A stretch of DNA of 17,156 bases from Candidatus Latescibacterota bacterium (GTDB lineage: Bacteria > Latescibacterota > UBA2968 > GCA-2709665): assembly GCA_965248435.1 (NCBI GenBank), contig CBDFJH010000001.1:1-17156 (forward strand). Direction: 5' to 3'. Below the pieces are notes generated by a model, which did not search any database, was not told the DNA's origin, and saw only the letters and a program-made list of their open reading frames with translations. Positions 10,152 to 17,156 of the stretch are shown one piece after another (positions within the stretch are counted from its first letter, which is position 1; each line of letters starts with the position of its first letter). Made by a program: the position numbers and the translations under genes.

Positions 10152-11369
10152 GGAAGGTCTGATTAATTCTGTTTGAAAATTGTTGTTGTACTATACCTGG
10201 GCGAGTGCAAATTTCCAAGCAAACATAGAGGAACCTGAATATGCGTCAGTCAACGCTTGCCTCGCAAGGATTCGTGAAATATCCGATGAAAACGCGCAAG
10301 GCGCAGTTTCTGGAAGACATGGACCAGATCATTCCATGGTCAGCATTGGTAGAGCTGATCGAGCCCTACTACCCGAAGCCGCAAGGAGCCGGGCGTCGTC
10401 CGATTGGAATAGAGCGGATGTTGCGGATCTATTTTTTACAGCATTGGTATGGTCTTTCTGACCCGGCGGTGGAAGAAGCGTTGTATGACATGGAGGTGAT
10501 GCGCAAATTTGTCAGCATCGACCTGGGTCGCGAGCGAGCGGTGGACGAGACCACGATATGCAAGTTCCGTCACCTGCTGGAGAGCGAAGCACTGGCGGCG
10601 CAAATCTTTGAGCAAGTCAATCGCTATCTGGGCGAACAGGGACGTCAGATCAAGCAAGGCACAATTGTCGATGCAACGATCATTGATGCGCCGAGTTCGA
10701 CCAGGAACCGCAAACAAAGCCGGGACCCGGAAATGCACCAGACGCGCAAGGGCAATCAATGGTATTTTGGTATGAAAGCCCATCTTGGTGTCGACAGTGA
10801 GACGAAATTGATCCATTCGGTGGTAGCGACGCCGGCCAATCGGCATGACAGTCAGGTGATAGGCGAGTTGTTGCATGGCAGCGAGACGCAGGTATGGGGC
10901 GATTCGGCGTATACGGGTCAGGGGGAAGTGATCCGCGAAATAGCGCCCAAGGCGCTGGATCTGACGAACGAAAAAGGCACCCGTGGGCGGGCGTTAAGCG
11001 AAGCGCAACGTGCCAACAACCGTGACAAGTCTCGAACGCGCAGTCGGGTGGAACACGTCATTGGCGTGATGAAGAATCGATTCGGATTCGACAAGGTTCG
11101 CTATAAGGGGTTATCGAAAAATACCCATCATCTGTATGTATCGGCAGCATTGGTGAATCTGGCCGTATCGAGGGCGTATCTGGTGGCCCGGTGTAGCAAG
11201 ATTTGAGGCGTTGGTGTCGAAAAATTTCGAACATGAGCGCGAAATCAGGTAAAACCACCGTATCCGGGTCGACGAATCGAAGATCATATCGATAAATCGT
11301 CGCCCGATTTGTCAAAATTTGCGTATTCTTCTTCGGTATGATCAATTTCCCAAATTATTCAGACCTTCC
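10152..11369 (+). mobile_element. Complete IS5-family (IS5 subgroup) insertion sequence, 1218 bp
   Basis: 17-bp terminal inverted repeats GGAAGGTCTGATTAATT (10152-10168) and AATTATTCAGACCTTCC (11353-11369), 16/17 match. 4-bp target duplication TTAG at 10148-10151 and 11370-11373 fits the YTAR preference of IS5. Confidence 0.95.
10241..11206 (+). CDS. IS5 family DDE transposase (intact)
   Basis: 321 aa. MLRIYFLQHWYGLSDPAVEEALYD, catalytic contexts GTIVDAT, WGDSAY and RSRVEH, plus RDPEMHQTRKGNQWYFGMKAH. Confidence 0.96.
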   Translation: MRQSTLASQGFVKYPMKTRKAQFLEDMDQIIPWSALVELIEPYYPKPQGAGRRPIGIERMLRIYFLQHWYGLSDPAVEEALYDMEVMRKFVSIDLGRERAVDETTICKFRHLLESEALAAQIFEQVNRYLGEQGRQIKQGTIVDATIIDAPSSTRNRKQSRDPEMHQTRKGNQWYFGMKAHLGVDSETKLIHSVVATPANRHDSQVIGELLHGSETQVWGDSAYTGQGEVIREIAPKALDLTNEKGTRGRALSEAQRANNRDKSRTRSRVEHVIGVMKNRFGFDKVRYKGLSKNTHHLYVSAALVNLAVSRAYLVARCSKI

Positions 11370-11913
11370 TTAGATCGCAACTGCTTCCGGGTCATTGAGG
11401 GATTCCGTCAACACGTGAAGATCGTGACCAGTACATATCCCGACGGATCACAGGTGGTCTCGCTGGAGCCGTATCTGCTGCGCTCGCGTCGCCAATTTGG
11501 ATTTCTCGCCGACTTCCGATTCCGTCCCAATGAAGAGCATCGTGGATCGCGACGATCCCTTCAGCTCAGTCTATCGCTGGACAAGCACGGAAAGTCAAAT
11601 CTGAATTATTTCGCTGATCGTTACTTGCATCTTGTCGATTTTGTGGCCGAATTCCACAAGCGGATCTTCCCGCTCAATGTTCCAGGTGATCAAGAGGTAG
11701 CAGTCGGATCACAGCTCGTGGAGCTCGCGCCTGAATCACTCGACGTCAAAAGCTACGTAGTTGGCTCTGGCGTCGAATCCAGATCACAGTTGATGGGCGT
11801 CAAACAGTCGGGTCCGTTAAAGAAAGTCCTGAATGATACGCACCTGTACTTCCTCTACAGGCGAGAAGACCATGCGTTGTCTCAAGATATTTTTAGGGCA
11901 CTTCGTGGCGATT

Positions 11914-12024
11914 CTTGAGTTTGACGGTTTGGAATTATAAGTAGTTGATTTTGTTTGTGCGAAATTGGGCGTGTACACTACATTCGCACCCATCGGAACA
12001 GGCTGGGGAAGAAATTATTGGAAG
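11914..12024 (-). mobile_element. Possible right-end remnant of another IS (IS1634-like)
   Basis: Abrupt switch to AT-rich sequence at the point where the Argonaute-like frame stops. The minus strand reads LPIISSPACSDGCECSVHAQFRTNKINYL* then ...CCGTCAAACTCAAG, reminiscent of IS1634-family termini. No matching other end was seen. Confidence 0.3.
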
Positions 12025-12028
12025 CTAG

Positions 12029-12718
12029 CCCGCATAAATCACCAGTTTGGAAATTAGGCACCGTACTGCCTCAAAATTAGCCTTCAATATTGCTTATGAC
12101 CCGTACAATCCATGATCAGGCACTTTTCAGCGCAGCTGAAACATAAAGTATCTAATTTGGTGGTTATCGAGGAGCTATTGGCCCTCGTCAGGCACTACAG
12201 AGCCGATTTCGACGCATTGGCAACCCCCAGCTCGAGACGGTTGAGTGTACTCGAGCTCGCCAGAGGATAGCCACGGTCACGCGACCGTGGACGAGTCTTG
12301 CCGATCAGGTCGCTCTTGCCGACCAGCATCGCCAATACACTATCCTAGCGCAGTTCATCGTGGTCATTGAGATCTTCATAACCCATCGCCAGGGCGAAAA
12401 TACGCTGCGCCAGCAACTCCCCTACACTGTGCCCGGTCACCCTGGGGTCACGATAATCACGAAAGCATTTGCCTGCCCGGTCAACAAGACCCAGGCGTAT
12501 ATCGACCTCCCGCAACAGTAACGCTCCGGCATCTGAACTGATCCGACCGCCATCAAATCGCGCCGTCACATTGCGGGGTCCACAGGGTTCAAATTCAAGT
12601 TCAATTGTTGTACACTGTGTATTCATAAGGCTGCGTTTCCTAGTTATAAGTAATTGTTTATAATGCCATTTATACCAGAAAACGCGGCCTTATTCAATTG
12701 TTTGGTGAGATATTCGGG
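12029..12718 (-). mobile_element. Internally deleted, non-autonomous IS1380-family element, 690 bp
   Basis: Inverted termini CCCGCATAAATCACCA (12029-12044) and TGGTGAGATATTCGGG (12703-12718), 13/16 match. Both are flanked by CTAG (12025-12028 and 12719-12722). Confidence 0.85.
12195..12626 (-). pseudogene. IS1380 family transposase N-terminal fragment with an internal TAG stop
   Basis: FDGGRISSDAGALLLRE...DYRDP...QRIFALAMGYEDLNDHDELR, then TAG (12347-12345), then the same frame continues DSVLAMLVGK...PLASSSTLNRLELG to a second stop shortly after. The DDE core is absent. The lower boundary is approximate. Confidence 0.88.
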
Positions 12719-12822
12719 CTAGCACCGCTGGTATAGACGGACCTCCCTGTACGATGGCCCTGATCTCCAATAGCCTGGTATCAGGCTCCCACGCAATTTC
12801 CCAAGGGAAGGATTGGTTATGC

Positions 12823-13150
12823 ATGGCACGGCGAGAGGAAGATGACCTGTTGACGAAATCACCAATCCGAAGCGGTGCACGTTGCGAGAGTTGCGTCGCT
12901 TCACCAGTCAGCGAGGCCTCCGGCCATCAAGGAAATGGCGAATGTACTCGGAACATCCGTCACAAACGCGCACGACCAGGTGACCCAGCGCGTGCGAAGG
13001 GGATACCTGAAACAAAAGTCACAGGAGGCGCGCAGCCTGACTATCGTGAGAGAGCTTGCGGATCAAATTCTTGATCTGGGGCCGGTTTCCATCGTCGGCC
13101 GAGTAGCCACCGGACAGCCGGTCCTGGCGCAAGAGAACATCGCGGTCGGA
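12823..13150 (+). pseudogene. lexA: LexA-like repressor, degenerate and truncated (DNA-binding domain and linker only)
   Basis: ATG 12823 (MARREEDDLLTKS), a frameshift near 12863, then PPAIKEMANVLG..AHDQVTQRVRRGYLK..ARSLTIV..VSIVGRVATGQPVLAQENI. This matches the LexA wHTH and the cleavage-site region (normally VAAG-x-P). No S24 peptidase domain follows. Confidence 0.7.
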
Positions 13151-13190
13151 ATCATCTTCATCACCCGACACAGTGGGTTCGATGACGGTA

Positions 13191-13219
13191 TTGACAAAAG
13201 ATACTTTTTATGGTAAAGT
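13191..13219 (+). promoter_or_regulatory. Sigma70 promoter for the FN3-repeat gene
   Basis: TTGACA (13191-13196), 17-nt spacer, TAAAGT (13214-13219) with an extended -10 TG at 13211-13212. Confidence 0.65.
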
Positions 13220-13267
13220 TCGATGACGTATGTCTTTGGCTAATATGTCAGTCATTATCGGTGATTA

Positions 13268-16200
13268 ATGATCATGATCGACGGCACATCCATCCAGAGT
13301 CTGGCCGACATGAACTACACAGAAGACTTGAATAGTTTCGCGTTGCGTCGAACAGGCGCAGATCAGAAAGTTTTTTTTTACCGGAAGACGGTTTCTACGA
13401 GGCCTTTCCCAAGGCTGTTTTTCATCGGTGTATTGCTCGCCGCCGCCACGCTGTTGCCAGCTTTCGCTGCGCCAGCGCAGGCGCAAGTGCTCGTGAGCAA
13501 CACGAGCCAGACCACCCACGGTTATACAGCATGTGTCTCGGTTCCTCAACTACTAGACTGTGCTCAGGGGTTCACCACGGGCCAGAATACGCGGGGCTAC
13601 GACCTTGCAAGTATCGATATTGACGTTGGCACGGCTCCGGGTAGTGGAACCCTGACGGTAACGGTGAGGGCCGCCAGCGGATCGGGTCACCCGACAAACG
13701 AGGTCTTATACACCTTGACCAACCCGACCAATGTGGGAACGGGATTCCAGACGTTCACCACCCCTGGCGTTGCCCATCTAAATCGAAACACCCAATACTT
13801 CGTGCACATGACTTTTAGCGGTAGCGGAACTAGACCCAGGTGGAACCTGACGGCAAACGACAACGAAGATTCAGGCTCGCGCACAGGGTGGAGTATCGGC
13901 AATCACCGCTACACGCGCCAATCTGGCGGAACCGGGAGTTGGGATGGTGATGGCGGTGTGTACTCAACTTCGATACAAATCAGGGTTAACGGGTACACCC
14001 TTGCCCCGGCCGCCCCGGAGAATCTCTGGTCCGCGCCGGGTGACGGCGTGGTCACGCTGTCCTGGACCAATCCGGGCAACGACACGATCACCAAGTACCA
14101 GTATCGCCAGAAAATAGTCACGGGCGACTACGGCAGCTGGACCGACATCTCCAACAGCGATAAGGACACCACCACACACACGGTGACCGGCCTGACCAAC
14201 GGCACCCGGTACAGGTTCGGTGTGCGTGCGGTCAATGATTCCGGTCCCGGCCAGGAATCCACCTTGACTGCCCGGCCGCTCGCGCGGCCGGCCGCCCCGG
14301 AGAACCTCTCGCCCGCGCCGGGTGCCGGCCAAGTCACGCTGTCCTGGACCAATCCGGGCAACAACACCATCTGGAAGTACCAGATCCGCACAGACAGTGG
14401 CGGTAACTTCACCGACATCAGCGACAGCAGTTGGACCACCACAACCTACACCGTGACCGGTCTGACCAACGGCACCCAATACACGATGGCGCTGCGCGCT
14501 GTAAACGCTTCCGGTGAGGGCACGGCATCCACCGCGAACGCCAGGCCGCTGTGGGTTGCCCCGGCAAACCTCTCGGCCACGCCGGGCGACGGCCGGGCGA
14601 CGCTGACCTGGACCGATCCGGACGACTCCACAATCGGCAAGTACCAGGTCAGCACCGATGGCGACGGGACCTTCACCGATATCGACAGCAACGACATCAT
14701 CGAAAACGAGACGAACAACATCCTCAAACACACCGTGACCGGCCTGACCAACGGTACCGCGTACACGTTGGCGCTGCGCGCGGCGAACGATTCCGTTCAG
14801 GGCCCGGCATCCACCGCGACCGCCAGGCCGCTGTGGCCCGCGCCGGTCAATTTGAAGGCGGCGCCGGGCAACGAGGAGGTCGAGTTGACCTGGGACAAGA
14901 ACACCGGGATCACCCATTATCGGGTCCAAACACAGAGCGGCGGCACGACGCTTATGCCTTCGGATTTCGAGTCGTCCGGATCGGGGATGAAGGAGGCCAG
15001 GACCATTGAAATCTTGACCAACGGCACCGAATACACCTTCACGGTGCAGGCGGTAGATACGTCCGGGAGCACCACCGTGATCACCGGCGTGCCATCCAGC
15101 GCGACCGCCACGCCGGCGACGGTGCCGGGGCGCCCGACGAACCTCTCGGCCACGCAGGGTGACGACGGCGAGACCACTCTGACCTGGACCGATCCGGACG
15201 ACTCCACGATCACCAAATACCTGGTCAGCAGCGCCGGTGGCAGTAACTTCACCGACATCAGCGGCAGCAACGCGACTACCATTACATACACCGTGACCGG
15301 CCTGACCAACGGCACCGCATACTCGTTGGCGGTGCGCGCGATGAACGCTTCCGGTAAAGGCCTGACGTCCAACACGACCGCCACGCCCTTGTGGCCCGCG
15401 CCGACCGGTCTGGTGGCGGCGCCGGACAACGGCCAGGTCACGCTCCAGTGGAACACGGGCGACCCCGGGATCGCCAAGTATCACATTCTGACGGAGGGAA
15501 CCGGCAGCGACATTAATAGGTTGGTCCTGGCCGGATCGGGGACGAAGACGACCGATATCGTTACTGGGCTGGGCAACGGCACCGAATACACCTTCACAGT
15601 GCGGGCGGCGTTGGGAACCGACCCCGGGAACCCCGTGTATACCGGCGCAACATCCAGCGAGACCGCTACGCCAGCGGTGACTTTGCCGGCCGCGCCGACG
15701 GGCCTCACGCCCAAGACGGGTGACGGCCAGATCACTCTGTCCTGGGACGATCCGAACAACATCACGATCACCGGGTACGACTACAGCACCGACTACAGCA
15801 CCGACGGCGGCGTGACGACCTTCATCCTCATTGCTGACAGCAGCGCGACCACCACCGCATACACCGTTATTAATCTGAGCGACGGTGGCGGTTCAGTACT
15901 CAACAACGACACCCGGTACACGTTGGCGGTGCGAGCGGTGAACGCTTCCGGTAACGGCCCGTGGGCGACCGCAACCGCCACGCCGATTGCGTTACCAGTC
16001 GCCCCGGCCAACTTCGACGCCACACGGGGCAGCGACGGGGGCGAAGTGACGCTGATCTGGGACGATCCGGACAACGACACGATCACCGGGTATCAGTACC
16101 GGCGGAAGAAAGGCAGCGGCGAATTCCGCGACTGGGTCGACATCAGCGACAGCGACATCAGCGCAAACGAAACAGCAAACACCCTCACACACACCGTGAC

Positions 16201-17156
16201 CGGCCTGAGCAACGGCAGGGTGTACACGTTTGAGTTGTGGGCGGTCAACATTTCCGGTTACAGTGCGGTGTCCAGCGATACCGCCACGCCACTGTGGCCC
16301 GCGCCGGCCAATCTGGCGGCGACTCCGGACCACGAAAGGGTCCACCTGGAGTGGGACGGTGTCTCCGGAGCCAGAAACTATACTCTCACAACCACAAACG
16401 GTGTGAATTGGAGTTCGTTTATCGCATTTAGCGAACCGCCGTCGAAGGTTGACGATTCCGTTGGTCTCGGTAATAATCCGTTGACCAACGGCACCGAATA
16501 CACCTTCACTGTGTGGGCGACAAACGCTGGCGGCACCCAAACCAGCGTGAAAGCCATCGTGACAGCCACCCCCGCGGAACAGAATCTGCCAACCGCCCCG
16601 ATTATTTCCTCGGTCACGCCGGGTGACCAACAGGTCACGTTGTCCTGGGACGATCCGGACAACATCACGATCATCAAGTACCAGGTTCGCTGGAAGGACA
16701 GCGACGACAGCAACTACACTGCCTGGGCGAACATCATCAACCCCAACCTCTATGCGACGCCCCCCACGCCCCCCACCACATACACTGCTACCGGCCTGAC
16801 CAACGGCACCACGTACACGTTTGAGGTGCGCGCGGGGAACGGTACCGGTGAGGGCGCGGCGTCCAGCGTGGACGCCACGCCGATTGCGATCCCGAACGCC
16901 CCGGAGAACCTCTCGGCCGCGGCCGGTAGCGAACAGGTTACTCTGTCCTGGGACAATCCGAACGACACCTCGATCACGAAGTACCAGTATCGCCAGAAAA
17001 CAGTCACGGGCGACTACGGCAGCTGGATCGACATCCCCAACAGCGATAAGGACACCATCACACACACGGTGACCGGCCTGACCAACGGCACCCGATACAC
17101 GTTCGAGCTGCGTGCTGTGAACGATACCGGTGACGGCCCGGCATCCACCGTGAACG
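13268..17156 (+). CDS. Large secreted/surface protein: signal peptide, choice-of-anchor R-like N-terminal domain, at least 11 fibronectin type III repeats (3'-truncated by the window edge)
   Basis: One frame appears open from ATG 13268/13274/13310 to the window end (~1290 codons), so it is absent from the ORF track. Signal-like RLFFIGVLLAAATLLPAFAAPAQA-QVLVSN, then AQGFTTG..GYDLASI..LTNP..TFT..NEDSG..GWSIGN, then repeats of PAAPENL..PGDG.VTLSW..P....ITKYQ....TVTGLTNGT.Y...VRAVN..G.G. Confidence 0.9.
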   Translation, partial: MIMIDGTSIQSLADMNYTEDLNSFALRRTGADQKVFFYRKTVSTRPFPRLFFIGVLLAAATLLPAFAAPAQAQVLVSNTSQTTHGYTACVSVPQLLDCAQGFTTGQNTRGYDLASIDIDVGTAPGSGTLTVTVRAASGSGHPTNEVLYTLTNPTNVGTGFQTFTTPGVAHLNRNTQYFVHMTFSGSGTRPRWNLTANDNEDSGSRTGWSIGNHRYTRQSGGTGSWDGDGGVYSTSIQIRVNGYTLAPAAPENLWSAPGDGVVTLSWTNPGNDTITKYQYRQKIVTGDYGSWTDISNSDKDTTTHTVTGLTNGTRYRFGVRAVNDSGPGQESTLTARPLARPAAPENLSPAPGAGQVTLSWTNPGNNTIWKYQIRTDSGGNFTDISDSSWTTTTYTVTGLTNGTQYTMALRAVNASGEGTASTANARPLWVAPANLSATPGDGRATLTWTDPDDSTIGKYQVSTDGDGTFTDIDSNDIIENETNNILKHTVTGLTNGTAYTLALRAANDSVQGPASTATARPLWPAPVNLKAAPGNEEVELTWDKNTGITHYRVQTQSGGTTLMPSDFESSGSGMKEARTIEILTNGTEYTFTVQAVDTSGSTTVITGVPSSATATPATVPGRPTNLSATQGDDGETTLTWTDPDDSTITKYLVSSAGGSNFTDISGSNATTITYTVTGLTNGTAYSLAVRAMNASGKGLTSNTTATPLWPAPTGLVAAPDNGQVTLQWNTGDPGIAKYHILTEGTGSDINRLVLAGSGTKTTDIVTGLGNGTEYTFTVRAALGTDPGNPVYTGATSSETATPAVTLPAAPTGLTPKTGDGQITLSWDDPNNITITGYDYSTDYSTDGGVTTFILIADSSATTTAYTVINLSDGGGSVLNNDTRYTLAVRAVNASGNGPWATATATPIALPVAPANFDATRGSDGGEVTLIWDDPDNDTITGYQYRRKKGSGEFRDWVDISDSDISANETANTLTHTVTGLSNGRVYTFELWAVNISGYSAVSSDTATPLWPAPANLAATPDHERVHLEWDGVSGARNYTLTTTNGVNWSSFIAFSEPPSKVDDSVGLGNNPLTNGTEYTFTVWATNAGGTQTSVKAIVTATPAEQNLPTAPIISSVTPGDQQVTLSWDDPDNITIIKYQVRWKDSDDSNYTAWANIINPNLYATPPTPPTTYTATGLTNGTTYTFEVRAGNGTGEGAASSVDATPIAIPNAPENLSAAAGSEQVTLSWDNPNDTSITKYQYRQKTVTGDYGSWIDIPNSDKDTITHTVTGLTNGTRYTFELRAVNDTGDGPASTVN
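14005..17156 (+). repeat. Tandem array of ~270-300-bp FN3-coding repeats (about 11 units)
   Basis: Recurrent GTCACGCTGTCCTGG and GTGACCGGCCTGACCAACGGCACC. Units begin near 14005, 14287, 14551, 14834, 15121, 15392, 15685, 15995, 16295, 16588 and 16891. Confidence 0.85.

Larger units (their letters stand above)
9875..11918 (+). pseudogene. Probable long prokaryotic Argonaute, N-terminal ~273 aa, interrupted by IS5 and truncated before MID/PIWI
   Basis: Removing IS5 plus one TTAG copy fuses 9875-10151 in frame to 11374-11918 (...SCRNNL-DRNCFRV...). AAGGA RBS at 9861-9865. Motifs VALNFFP, LEPYLLRS..QFGFLADFRF, LQLSLSLDKHGKSNLNYFADRY, SQLMGVKQSGPL and YFLYRREDHALSQDIFRALRGD resemble, from my recollection, the N-terminal half of long-B-type pAgos. 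No PIWI domain is present to confirm this. Confidence 0.6.

Noticed and set aside
11319-11369. N-terminus MRILLRYDQFPKLFRPS of ORF 11319-11918 as a real gene start
   Set aside because: It lies within the IS5 right end. The true 5' part of the gene is 9875-10151.
13964-17065. Minus-strand ORFs 13964-15484, 15992-17065 and the smaller ones
   Set aside because: They are antisense shadows of the plus-strand FN3 gene, and their repetitiveness mirrors it.
14005-17156. CRISPR array or diversity-generating retroelement explanation for the repeats
   Set aside because: The units are ~280-bp coding domains without a repeat-spacer pattern. Differences between the near-identical blocks run in both directions rather than being template-adenine specific, and no cas or reverse transcriptase gene is visible.

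Overview
The window has three parts. (1) Bases 1-1150 look like core genome: the 3' end of an ATP-grasp gene, a small membrane protein gene and tRNA-Asn(GTT) with its promoter and a terminator-like hairpin. (2) Bases ~1450-13150 form a tRNA-adjacent, decaying defence island. It holds an excisionase-like HTH gene and a translationally coupled type I R-M operon (hsdM, hsdS, an AlbA_2/Schlafen-like regulator, hsdR) carrying four frameshifts. Next comes what appears to be a prokaryotic Argonaute gene, split by an intact IS5 and truncated by further IS debris, including a 690-bp internally deleted IS1380. A truncated lexA-like pseudogene ends this part. (3) From ~13268 past the window end runs a large secreted protein gene missing from the ORF track, with a signal peptide, a choice-of-anchor R-like domain and at least 11 fibronectin type III repeats. 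The best candidate for an under-described system is the hidden Argonaute-like gene directly behind the type I R-M operon. All family assignments come from motif recognition by eye; no database search was run.
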